A stretch of 32,000 nt of DNA from Microcystis aeruginosa NIES-843 (GTDB lineage Bacteria; Cyanobacteriota; Cyanobacteriia; Cyanobacteriales; Microcystaceae): the NCBI RefSeq assembly GCF_000010625.1, contig NC_010296.1, positions 4,170,001 through 4,202,000 of the forward strand, in the 5' to 3' direction. Of the stretch, positions 1 to 8,892 are shown piece by piece. The position numbers and the translations under genes are program-made. The notes beneath the pieces are model-generated. The model worked only from the letters and a program-made list of their open reading frames with translations. It was not told the DNA's origin and did not search any database. Within the stretch, counting starts at the first letter, position 1, and every line of letters begins with the position of its first letter.

Positions 1-45
1 TGCAGTATTAAAAAATCAAATCAAAGAGTAAGGGTATTATTTGCC

Positions 46-229
46 ATGAGTCAATATGTTCTACTTCGGATTCAAGTCATTCAGGAAGAATTAGAAGCCT
101 TAAAAAAAAACGGTCATTCATCAACTTGAAGGTTCTCGCAATAAGACTCAAATTAAAGGTTTATGGAAAGATGTTGTGATCAGTGATGACGATTTAGAAG
201 AGGCTAAAAAAGCAGTTTTTCGAGATTAG
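46..229 (+). pseudogene. Small hypothetical protein (~60 aa if intact), disrupted by a frameshift in an A9 run
   Basis: ATG at 46 reads MSQYVLLRIQVIQEELEALKK and then stops at 127-129. The +1 frame continues VIHQLEGSRNKTQIKGLWKDVVISDDDLEEAKKAVFRD to TAG at 227-229. Removing one A from the run at 102-110 joins both parts into one ORF. Confidence 0.3.
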
Positions 230-279
230 GTTACACTTCATTTTTATGATAACCGCTATAGTTATCATTAATGATCTTT

Positions 280-512
280 TTAAGAGTTTAAATCCTTAAA
301 GGGATTGATAACCTGTAAGCTATTATTGATAATTAAACCATCTTGCATATCTTCTGAGTAGAGAATAGTTGCATCGCCTAAAACTGCACTAGCAACAATC
401 AGGCTATCCCAAAATGAAATTAAGTAGCGATCTCGTAATTTCACGGCATACTCAAGGGTTTCGAGGGAGACAGGTAAGATTTCACACCCTTGTGTCAATT
501 CTTCAAGTAGAT
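280..512 (-). pseudogene. PIN-domain (VapC-like) toxin, C-terminal fragment; its N-terminal half is at 15829..16050
   Basis: The translation EELTQGCEILPVSLETLEYAVKLRDRYLISFWDSLIVASAVLGDATILYSEDMQDG is a PIN C-terminal region. It abuts the IS1 end at 513. Joined to 15829..16050 minus one 8-bp TSD copy it gives 447 nt, an uninterrupted 148-aa ORF. Confidence 0.75.
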
Positions 513-1459
513 GGTAATGATTCGGTAGTAGTGGCGTAGCTCTCTTGCTTACCTGGTATGAATTGTGTAAAATATTTATTAATAAAAATAATTGGCTCGA
601 ATCAGTCTTTAAACCTCTAGCTTGATCATGACTTTTCTGATAAATATCTTTTTCTGGCTCCTGTCTGGCTTACTGAAATATCAGTCTAGCACCGAACAAA
701 GTACCCCCTTCACCTCCGTTCCCCTGTCCTAATTGTGGTTCTCACCATACGATCAAGAATGGTTCTATTCATAATGGAAAACCCAAACGTCAAGGTAAAG
801 AATGTGGTCGTCAGTTGGTGATCAATCCCACTAATAAAACCGTCTCTGACGAAACCAAACAATTAATTGATAAACTCTTGCTCGAACGAATTTCCTGACG
901 AGGAATTGCTAGAGTAACAGGGGTAAGTTGGTCATGGTTACAAAATTATGTCAACAATAAACTGGCGGCTGTCCCCCGTCAAATAAAGGTTTCGGACAAA
1001 CCAAAAGGTAAATTGGTTAGAGAATGTGATGAAATGTGGTCTTTTGTTTTTTCTAAGACGATAAAGGTCTATATTTGGCGGTTAATTGATAGAAATACAA
1101 GGGAAATTATTGGTTGCTATGCGCGGAGATAGGAGTCGTCAATCAGCCAAAAAACTTTGGGCTAGTTTACCAGGTGTTTACCGACAATGTGCAGTTGCTT
1201 ACACAGACTTTTGGGAGTCATATAAGACAGTAATTCCCAGTAAACGTCATCGACCAGTCGGGAAAGAAACTGGTCAAACTAATCCTATTGAAAGATTAAA
1301 TAATACCTTTCGACAAAGGATTTCTCGGTTGGTGAGAGAGAGTCTATCTTTCTCTAAAAAAATGGAGAATCACGTTGGGGCTGTTTGGTATTTTATCCAT
1401 GACTACAATGCACACCTGGCAAAGGATTAAGCCGCCATCACTACTACAGAATCACCACC
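513..1459 (+). mobile_element. IS1-family insertion sequence, copy A (947 bp), defective
   Basis: Imperfect terminal IRs are GGTAATGATTCGGTAGTAGTG and (reverse complement of the other end) GGTGGTGATTCTGTAGTAGTG. The InsA-like zinc finger reads CPNCGSHHTIKNG..GKECGRQ, followed by an HTH (RGIARVTGVSWSWL) and InsB-like motifs (ECDEMWSFV, YTDFWESY, GKETGQTNPIERLNNTFRQR). The reading frame has an in-frame TGA (ERIS*RGIA), a frameshift near 1130 and no obvious start codon. It matches 16051..16997 in reverse wherever I compared them by eye. Confidence 0.85.
1086..1430 (+). pseudogene. IS1-family transposase (InsB-like) C-terminal remnant ORF
   Basis: The 114-aa ORF carries IS1 InsB-type motifs. It is detached from the upstream InsA/InsB N-terminal frames by a stop codon and a frameshift. 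Confidence 0.7.
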
Positions 1460-1772
1460 CTAAATCTGTATTAGCTGGCAAACTGATATAGGCAGTTAAA
1501 GTCTTAGTTGCTTTACGTTTTAGAACATCTAAAATTTCTAAAATAAAAGCCGTTTTCCCAATACCAATCAAACCGTAAACTAACAATCTTTTACGCTCTT
1601 TTCCTTTTAATAAGCTGAAAACTGGTTTTAATTCTTGACTTCTCCCAGTAAAAACTTTTCTTAACTGCGATTCCCTCAATGTTGAAGCACTTTCAGAAAA
1701 AGGAATTTCCGTTATTCCCCATTGACAATAGATATTATCTAATTCATCCCAAATGCGATCCGCTTCATTCAT
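1460..1772 (-). pseudogene. AAA+ (Orc1/Cdc6- or AAA_16-like) ATPase, N-terminal fragment with Walker A; remainder at 16998..17950
   Basis: FTGRSQELKPVFSLLKGKERKRLLVYGLIGIGKTAFILE contains a GxxGxGKT P-loop. The frame runs into the IS1 end (..PANTDLGW*). Its ATG overlaps the upstream TPR stop as ATGA at 1769-1772. N fragment + C fragment minus the 9-bp TSD = 1257 nt, a 418-aa ORF. Confidence 0.7.
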
Positions 1773-2993
1773 ACAGCTTGTTTCTCCTTAATTTTGGCAA
1801 GGCAATTCAGAACTTCTGCTATTTTAGCAATTTCTTGTTCATTATTCAGTTCTTTAAAAATAAAAGTAGCCTTCTTTAATAATTCTTCAGCTTTTTCGAC
1901 AAAACCAATTTGCAACATGAGTCTGCCTAAACTTGCTTGACAAAAGGCAACACCTCTATCATGTTTTAGATATTCATAAAAGCGCAAAGCATCCCGATAA
2001 TAAATAGAGGCTTTTTCATGGTTTCCAATTAGGTGATGGGTATGAGCAATTTGATAAATGGTATCAGCACGACTTTTGAGATCGTCAAATTGACGATAAA
2101 TTTTAAGACTTTTTTCTAAATAAGCTAATCCTTGATACCATTCTCCTCGATCTACTTTAATTTTACCTAATGTTAACCCCATCTCTGCGGCATTCAGGAA
2201 ATCTCCTGCGGTTTCATATCCTTGTAAAGCGTTTTGATAACACATGACTGCTTGTTTTATATTCTCTGCTTTCTCTCCTCTGATTCTGTTACTGTAAGCA
2301 ATAGCGAGATTATTCTGTATCCTTGCCCAGTCTTGGGGAAAAGCGTCAAAAGTCCTCACTTTCAATGCTTCCTGGTAAGCGGTGATCGCCGTTTCTAAAT
2401 TGTCGGCTTTCTCCCCTCTGATTCTGTCACTGTAAGCATTAGCGAGATTGTTCTGTGTCATTGCCCATTTTTGTGGAAATGCGTCAAAAGTCAACACTTT
2501 TAAGGCTTCTTGGTAAGCAGCGATCGCCTTTTCTAAATTCCCTGCTTGCTCCCCTCTGATTCTGTCACGGTAAGCTTCACCGAGATTATTCTGTATCAAT
2601 GCCCATTGTTCGGGAAATGCCTTAAAAGTATAAACTTGCAAGGCTTCCTGGCAAGCGGCGATCGCCTTTTCTAAATTGTCAGCTTTTTCTCCTCTGATTC
2701 TGTCAATGTAAGCAATAGCGAGATTATTCTGTGTCGCTGCCCATTCTTGGGGAAATGCGTCAAAAGTTCTCACTTTCAAGGCTTCCTGGCAAGCGGCGAT
2801 CGCCCTTTCTAAATTGTCAGCTTTCTCCCCTCTGATTCTGTCACAGTAAGCAACAGCGAGATTATTCTGTGTCATTGCCCAATCTTGGGGGAATGCGTCA
2901 AAAGTGAAGATAGTTAAGGCTATTTCATAACCCGTGATGGCAATTTCTTTGTGGGTGGTGATGTTACCGTGAGGAAACTGGGCAATTAAATTA
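1769..2993 (-). pseudogene. TPR-repeat protein, C-terminal ~3/4 (gene interrupted by ISL3 copy 1)
   Basis: It has about five tandem 42-aa repeats W(A)xTQNNLAxAYxDRIRGEKADNLExAIAAxQEALKVxTFDAFPQ, followed by classical TPRs. The frame is open from 2993 (..NLIAQFPHGNITTHKEIAITGYEIALTIFTFDAFPQDWAMTQNNL). Confidence 0.8.
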
Positions 2994-4415
2994 GGCTCTT
3001 CGTTACCCTTTATGCTAAATCAACATACAAGATGCCAAGATAACATACTTCTAACCCAAAAATTCCGAAAGTTTCTAAAGCCATAGCCTCTCCGTTTTAT
3101 TAGTTTAAGTTTATTGTTGATTCCCTCGACCACCCCATTCGTTGTCCTTCGCTCGAAATAACTAATTATTTCTCCAAACCAGTTTCGGATTGTTTGACAA
3201 CTCTTGGTAAAAACACTGGAGGATTTTGCCAACCATTCCGAGATGGATAGCATTCCCTCTGTCGGATTCTCTGAGGTTTCATAAATCTTTCTAAATTCTT
3301 CCTTTAATTCCTGCATCTTTTTCAAATTTGGGAATTTTTCTTTGATAGCTTCTAGTTTAATTTTTTGGGGTTCCGTTAAATCTTCTTCATTTTTTAACAG
3401 GCTATATTTACTTCGCTTTAAAACTTCTAGCTTCGCTTCTTTTTCCGCTTTCTGTTTTTTATTTTTCTGCGCTTCTACGGCTCTTTTTTCTGCTCTTCTC
3501 TGTTCGTCTAACTCTTGATTAATTTGTTTCATTACATGGAATCTATCGGCGACTACTTCGGCCGATGGCATCAATTCTTTCACCAAATTTTTATAAGGCA
3601 ACCAAAGGTCTATGCTCACTTCTTCAATTTGCTCTAACACCTCTTTTCCCCAGCCCGTAAGCGTTTCTCTCAACTCTTCTTGTGTTCGCTTCTCTAGAAT
3701 AGCTATTAGTTTTCCCGTATCTAAATTTACTAAAACCGCACAGTAATTTTTTTGTCCTTTGACTAGAGCGATTTCATCAATTCCTAGTCTTTTTAATTCC
3801 GATAGGTCTGGCTCTGTAATTTCTTCGGCGATGTCCTCTATCATTCTTTGAATCTCTTCTTCCGTTACGTCATTTATTCGACTAACATTTAAAATATCTC
3901 CTTCTTTTAATTGTTCGAGTATATTTGCGGCTAGTCTTTTCGTATAGGTTCGTTTCTTGGCGACAAAATCTAACTCTTCGCTCAAGGGTCTCTGACAATT
4001 ATCGCACTTAAATTGACGACGATTAATTTGTAGGTATACTGGTTGACCTGAGATTGGTAAATCTTTGACTAAATGTCGATGATTTTGGTGGAGTTTATCG
4101 CTCTCTAACCCACAACGAGGACAGGTTGCTTTTTGATTTTTCGATTCGATTCGGCAAACTATACCGATATTTTCTAGGTGTAGATAGCCTTGAATACAGG
4201 TTCCTTTTAGGTTCAAAAATTTGTCAAGTATCATAAGTAAAATAATCTCGTTTTTGGCTATTATATCAAATCTTAACTCAATTGTCTATCTTTTGGTATT
4301 AACCTGTTTGTGCCTTAAGTCCTTCCCTGTATGGATTTCAGCTACTTTTGAGCGTAGGCGCTCTCATCGAATTTTATTTTAAGTTAATTATTTGCATAAC
4401 AATTCCCGAAGAGCC
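2994..4415 (-). mobile_element. ISL3-family insertion sequence, copy 1 (1422 bp)
   Basis: Both termini carry the IR GGCTCTTCG. An 8-bp direct duplication TTAAATTA sits at 2986-2993 and 4416-4423. It contains a 404-aa transposase. Confidence 0.9.
3020..4234 (-). CDS. ISL3-family transposase
   Basis: The 404-aa ORF has an N-terminal zinc finger (CPRCG..CDNCQ) and the conserved C-terminus NGVVEGINNKLKLIKRRGYGFRNFRNF. It differs from the copy at 14160..15374 at about 5 residues. Confidence 0.9.
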   Translation of the reverse strand: MILDKFLNLKGTCIQGYLHLENIGIVCRIESKNQKATCPRCGLESDKLHQNHRHLVKDLPISGQPVYLQINRRQFKCDNCQRPLSEELDFVAKKRTYTKRLAANILEQLKEGDILNVSRINDVTEEEIQRMIEDIAEEITEPDLSELKRLGIDEIALVKGQKNYCAVLVNLDTGKLIAILEKRTQEELRETLTGWGKEVLEQIEEVSIDLWLPYKNLVKELMPSAEVVADRFHVMKQINQELDEQRRAEKRAVEAQKNKKQKAEKEAKLEVLKRSKYSLLKNEEDLTEPQKIKLEAIKEKFPNLKKMQELKEEFRKIYETSENPTEGMLSISEWLAKSSSVFTKSCQTIRNWFGEIISYFERRTTNGVVEGINNKLKLIKRRGYGFRNFRNFWVRSMLSWHLVC

Positions 4416-4872
4416 TTAAATTACTGAAATAAAAAATATCCGTAACAATAGAATTCGCTTGTTGTGGGGCAACTTGTATTAGTGTTTGTCTTGCCCACTC
4501 ATCTAAAACTTCAATCAAATTTTCATCGAATTTATCCAGATTTTGCGCCCAAAAGGGATAAATTACTTGAGGGTTGGAATTTTCTGAGATTTTTTGTAAT
4601 GTCTCGATTAAGAAATTGAGATAGTTAGTTTCCGTCTTTATAGAGGAAGAGGAATAGCTTTGTAGCAAATTTCCCGCAATATTCATTAACCGATTCGCAT
4701 TATTGAGATCGCTTCTTAGCCTTAGATTATCCGCTACTTTTAATAATTCTGTCACCAAACCCTGATCCAATAGTTCCCGATTTTCCTGTAAAATTCGGGG
4801 TTCATCGCCATCATTGCAGGATAATAGCTGATTAATCAGGTTTAGATAAGCTTGGGTGCGTTGTTCGTTCAT
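4416..4872 (-). pseudogene. TPR-repeat protein, N-terminal fragment (start MNEQRTQAYLNLINQLLSCNDGDEPRILQ..)
   Basis: ATG is at 4872. The helical N-terminal domain is of a type I recall as common on cyanobacterial TPR proteins. 457 nt + 1225 nt (1769..2993) minus the 8-bp TSD = 1674 nt, an uninterrupted 557-aa ORF. The track ORF upstream of 4872 runs into IS701 and is not coding. Confidence 0.7.
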
Positions 4873-4931
4873 GGCGTGGTAAATGATGGCGGTTAATTTA
4901 GTTATCTTTAGCGATAGGTTATTGTTCGGGG

Positions 4932-6371
4932 GTAGGGGCGAAGCATTCGGGCAATAACATATCGCTGAAACCATAAATTCCCTATTGGGACTTAAACGCC
5001 AAATAAAGATCAAATCGAGTATAATCGTTAAAGAGTAAGCACTTTACGTTGAAAGATCAGCGATGAAAGAGACAACCCCAGCCGCAATGCCCCCATGCTT
5101 TGACCGATGGTGTCGGCGGTTTGACAATTGCTTCAAAAACGAAGCGCAAAAAAACGGCTTCAGACAATATTTAGGAGGATTATTAGGGGAAAGTGAGAGG
5201 AAAAACCTGACTCAAATGGCCAATAATGCCGTCGGAGTAGTTTATAACCGATTACATCACTTTTTGACCGAATCTCCTTGGTCAGACCGTCAGGTGAATG
5301 AATGTCGGTTGCAAGTGATGAACCAATGCCGCCAGACGCAAATCCCCCGAGGATTTTCCCTGATTGTCGATGACTCAGGACATCGAAAAAGTGGCAATCT
5401 GACCGCCGGAGTTGGCAGGCAGTACCTAGGAGAAATTGGCAAGACAGACAACGGAATAGTCGCCGTCACTACCCATCTCTACGACGGCAAAAAAAGTGTC
5501 CCCCTAGACAGGGAAATTTATCAACCGGCTAGTTCCTTAGCCGAGGGGAAAGAAGACAAAGAATTTAAGAAGAAACCAGAGATAGCGATAGATTTAATTG
5601 ACCGGAGCTTAACCAGAGGCTATCGACCGAAAATCGTCTTAATAGATGCTGGTTATGGCAACAACACAAATTTTCTCAAAGCCCTGGAAGAAAGAAAGCT
5701 AAAATACTTAGGAGGATTGGCAAAAAATCGAAAAGTAATTATTGAAAAAGAAGGGGGTGTGGAAGAAACAATCCAGCTTGAGCAACTAGCAAAAAGCCTA
5801 TCAGAAAAGGATTGGGAGAAAATCACCCTAAATCTAGATAAAGAGAAAACGGTTTGGGTAGCGGTATTCAGAGCGAAAATATCTCAACTAGAAGGAGAAA
5901 GGAACTTGGCGATCGTCATGAATGCAAGTTCAATGGAAAAAGCAACAGAGGTTGACTATTTCATCACCAATGTAGTTGAGGCAGATACAGTAACAGCGTC
6001 GTGGATAGTCAAGACTTACACCGAAAGAAATTGGGTGGAAGTATTCTACCGAGAAGCCAAAGGATGGTTAGGGTTAAGGGAATATCAAGTCAGGGATAAA
6101 CGAAGCTTACTTCGTCATTTTATCTTGGTGTTTTGTGCCTATACATTTATCCTGTGGCATAAGTTAACTGGGGGATTGCAAAGGCAGTGGGCGAATCGAC
6201 CTTTAAACACTTTTGTGGAAGCCTTGGAAGCTTTTCGGACAGCGATGTCTTTCCGTTTCTTTGAGTGGCTGACCGAGAATCGGGATGTGTTTGCCGCTTA
6301 CAAAGCCAGTTTAGGCTTTGTTTGGGCTTGAAATTTGTTTAAGTCCCACTATCCGAATGCTTCGCCCCTAC
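4932..6371 (+). mobile_element. IS701-like (IS4 superfamily) insertion sequence (~1440 bp)
   Basis: A 19-bp terminal IR GTAGGGGCGAAGCATTCGG sits at 4932-4950, with its reverse complement at 6353-6371, plus a subterminal GGGACTTAAAC on both sides. No clear TSD was found. The right boundary is ambiguous by a few bp because CTAC is shared with the adjacent 17-mer array. Confidence 0.75.
5063..6331 (+). CDS. IS701-family DDE transposase
   Basis: The 422-aa ORF carries motifs typical of IS701: FRQYLGGLL..ERKNLTQMA, LIVDDSGHRKSG, GVGRQYLGEIGKTDNG, VLIDAGYGN, ERNWVEVFYREAKGWLGL. Confidence 0.85.
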   Translation: MKETTPAAMPPCFDRWCRRFDNCFKNEAQKNGFRQYLGGLLGESERKNLTQMANNAVGVVYNRLHHFLTESPWSDRQVNECRLQVMNQCRQTQIPRGFSLIVDDSGHRKSGNLTAGVGRQYLGEIGKTDNGIVAVTTHLYDGKKSVPLDREIYQPASSLAEGKEDKEFKKKPEIAIDLIDRSLTRGYRPKIVLIDAGYGNNTNFLKALEERKLKYLGGLAKNRKVIIEKEGGVEETIQLEQLAKSLSEKDWEKITLNLDKEKTVWVAVFRAKISQLEGERNLAIVMNASSMEKATEVDYFITNVVEADTVTASWIVKTYTERNWVEVFYREAKGWLGLREYQVRDKRSLLRHFILVFCAYTFILWHKLTGGLQRQWANRPLNTFVEALEAFRTAMSFRFFEWLTENRDVFAAYKASLGFVWA

Positions 6372-6421
6372 AGGTTATTTCCCCCTACAGGTTATTTCCC
6401 CCTACAGGTTATTTCCCCCTA
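6371..6421. repeat. 17-bp tandem repeat CAGGTTATTTCCCCCTA x3 (array A)
   Basis: Three perfect units, each ending in TA. The identical array recurs at 10988..11038. Both abut the left end of an IS630-family copy. Confidence 0.9.
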
Positions 6422-6694
6422 CTGGACTGTTTCAGCTAATTTGGTGCAATAGATTCTCCCGATTCCTCCTCCTCAAACACAGGATAAAGATGTTTCAGCT
6501 TGACCCTAGCATCGCTGGTCGTAAACGTCCATATTACTGTAGATGCAGTCTGATTACGTTCTTTTTGCCAGGTTTCTATCTCCCTTTTCAGTTCTTCCTT
6601 GCTAGAAATCCTTCTATCTAAACATTGCCTCGATAAGACGCTTAGTTCAGTTTCGGCTACATTTAACCAGCTACCATTACGAGGTGTGTAATAA
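6422..6694 (-). mobile_element. IS630-family element copy A, distal part (3' end of the transposase)
   Basis: It matches 11039..11311 of the intact copy where compared by eye. The IR is CTGGACTGTTTCAGCTA preceded by TA. It encodes the transposase C-terminus YYTPRNGSWLNVAETELS..SGESIAPN, and the track ORF 6436..6720 reads into the insertion. Confidence 0.85.
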
Positions 6695-6940
6695 CCCACA
6701 TTCCGCACCCTAAGTGTCACAACGTCTCAAAAGAGGAAGGGGCGTGAGTCAAAATACTTATCTAGAGGAGTGAGTTGGCGGCAAGCTGCCGGCAACTAAG
6801 CCGAAAATTTCAGAGTTCCCCCGGTCATTCTCAATAAACAGTGCTTGTTGAGAATGACTAGGCAATCAGACTTAACATCTAGGGGGAGATGTTCCAGTTG
6901 CTCGCTTTGTTTTGTCACCCCTTGAAGTCAATCCATCTGG

Positions 6941-8614
6941 TCAAGATAAGAGATAATATTCCTGGCAAGGTTTGGGAAAAAATCTCAAAATGTTGCGCCT
7001 CTCATCCGTTAAGTTGCTAATCTTTTGATTGTCTTGAATACGGACGAGATGAATCCCTTGAAAGCCCTGAAATATCCAGCGTAACGTCGGTCGGTCAGTT
7101 AACTTACCCAACGGATTTTTCAGTCCCGTCTCCTGCTGTTTTAAACTTAAACGAAGTTGTCTTTGACCAATAGTATAAACCAGCAGGCACAAGCCCATGA
7201 GCATGGCCATGACCTCGATTCTATGGGGAGATTTGAGAAAGACACTGTGGGCAAAAAAGCAGGGGTCTTTGAGAAAAGAAAATCCTCTTTCCGGAGCTTG
7301 TTGCCCTTTATATTTTTTGAGTATATCCTCACTGCTTAATCGTTGTTTCTCCAAATCGTTAGTTGCTAAAACGAATCGTCCTGCTCGTTTCTTTAGCCTC
7401 TCAATGGCGGTCAAATTCAACTCTAATTCGGCTTGAACTTGATAGCTTTGAGAGGGTAAATCGTCTTTTGATTTGAGTTTTGACCCCTGGGACTCAGGCG
7501 GAATGAGATTGACTTTAATCTCCGTTAACTGATGAGATTTTAAGGAGTCAGATAATCCTTTGGCTATCGCCAACGCCACCGCTCTATTCTCAAATTCTCT
7601 TCGGGATAGTTGCCGGATTTTTTCTTGGGCAGAATTCTTTTCCTGCTCGATTTTTTTCTCTAATTTTTTCAAGTCTGATTCTTGTCTAGCTTGACTTTCA
7701 ACTAGCAACCATCTTTGTTCTATCCCCCCATAGTTAGAGATGGTTTCCCGCCAGGAATAACCCGGTATTTCTGAATCGGTTAACTCTTTTTCTGAGATGC
7801 TATCAACCAACTCTTGAGCCTCTTTAATGCTTAATGGTACTCGAGACAACCAACGCATTTCTTTCATTAGTTTTAAATTCTCTTTGCTATAGAGGGCGCT
7901 ATCGCCGACTATTAAACTGTCAAAGTCAACTTGTTTTTTAAATTCTCGGGCGATTTGACCAAAAACCGCTTTGTCCGCTTCATTTCCGTCCCCTACTTTC
8001 AGGAATAAAGGTACATCTCCATCCCCACTTACGATTAAGTCAATCATAAATTGTTTTAAGTCAGGTCTTCGGTCGCGGGAGTATCCGTAGGTAATTTTTA
8101 TTGGCTGTTGTCTGGTTTCAATTTCTTCTCCCACTGCTCCTGATTTCAGGATTTCTACTGTTGGGTATTCCTTTTTATATTCTCCTTCTACTGATAGAGA
8201 AGTCGAATCTAAATGGGAGTTCTCGGTTGCTACACCAAATTTTTTCACGGCGGCTAAACTGATGAGTAGGAAAATACCCGAAACATCCAGTTGATAAAGT
8301 TTGTCCATTACTCGACCAATTTTATCATCATTCAAGTGCTTGGGTTCGATGCCCTCTCCCAGCAGATGTTCGGTTGCTTTATCTTCAAAAAATTGAGGAA
8401 ATAAATACAAGGCTCGGGAGACAAATCCCAATCCATTCAGGATAATTGCTTTCACTACTTGCCCCGCTGTGACAATTTCTCCTCGCTCAATTGAGACTTG
8501 TTCGTTGATAATTTCAACGATTCCTATTTCATCGATAATTCCGGCTACTAATCCCAGATGGTCTAGATTTTTGACTTCAATTTCTGTTGATTGATTCATG
8601 GTCGAACAGTCCAC
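6941..8614 (-). CDS. IS1634-family (IS4-like) DDE transposase
   Basis: The 557-aa ORF has the N-terminus NLDHLGLVAGIIDEIGIVEIIN..GQVVKAIILNGLGF, then HLDSTSLSVEG, GYSRDRRPDLKQF and VGDSALYS, with a long coiled region before the C-terminal domain. Confidence 0.8.
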   Translation of the reverse strand: MDCSTMNQSTEIEVKNLDHLGLVAGIIDEIGIVEIINEQVSIERGEIVTAGQVVKAIILNGLGFVSRALYLFPQFFEDKATEHLLGEGIEPKHLNDDKIGRVMDKLYQLDVSGIFLLISLAAVKKFGVATENSHLDSTSLSVEGEYKKEYPTVEILKSGAVGEEIETRQQPIKITYGYSRDRRPDLKQFMIDLIVSGDGDVPLFLKVGDGNEADKAVFGQIAREFKKQVDFDSLIVGDSALYSKENLKLMKEMRWLSRVPLSIKEAQELVDSISEKELTDSEIPGYSWRETISNYGGIEQRWLLVESQARQESDLKKLEKKIEQEKNSAQEKIRQLSRREFENRAVALAIAKGLSDSLKSHQLTEIKVNLIPPESQGSKLKSKDDLPSQSYQVQAELELNLTAIERLKKRAGRFVLATNDLEKQRLSSEDILKKYKGQQAPERGFSFLKDPCFFAHSVFLKSPHRIEVMAMLMGLCLLVYTIGQRQLRLSLKQQETGLKNPLGKLTDRPTLRWIFQGFQGIHLVRIQDNQKISNLTDERRNILRFFPKPCQEYYLLS

Positions 8615-8892
8615 TCGCCTCAGTTTTCCAACAATTCCTATTTTTTCATAATTAGGGGTCTCAAGACCCCCCTAGCGGCCACCGAGAAAACCTTCACCAG
8701 CTAGGTATTTTTACTCAAGTCTCTGGAGGGGGACAGCTTACACCATTTTTCTTTATTCGCGTCACAACGAACACCGGCTTGGCAAGCATTCGAGCGTGGA
8801 TGTCTGTCATGGATTTAGAAATTTGGTATTATACCATTTTTCAAAAAGTATGTCATACTTGGTAAAGGTATAGTTTGTGTGGTAAAAAGGCA

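Noticed and set aside
1679-1879. A 66-aa plus-strand ORF.
   Set aside because: It is antisense to the ATPase and TPR genes and is an AT-rich, low-complexity translation.
6371-6421. I checked whether the short tandem arrays (17-mer x3 here and at 10988, 21-mer x8 at 30035, heptamer arrays) could be CRISPR arrays.
   Set aside because: The units are directly adjacent with no unique spacers, the repeats are too short, and no cas genes are present.
7147-7436. Three small track ORFs (60-79 aa) overlap the IS1634-family transposase gene.
   Set aside because: They lie entirely within a well-supported 557-aa CDS, antisense or out of frame, and carry no recognisable motifs.
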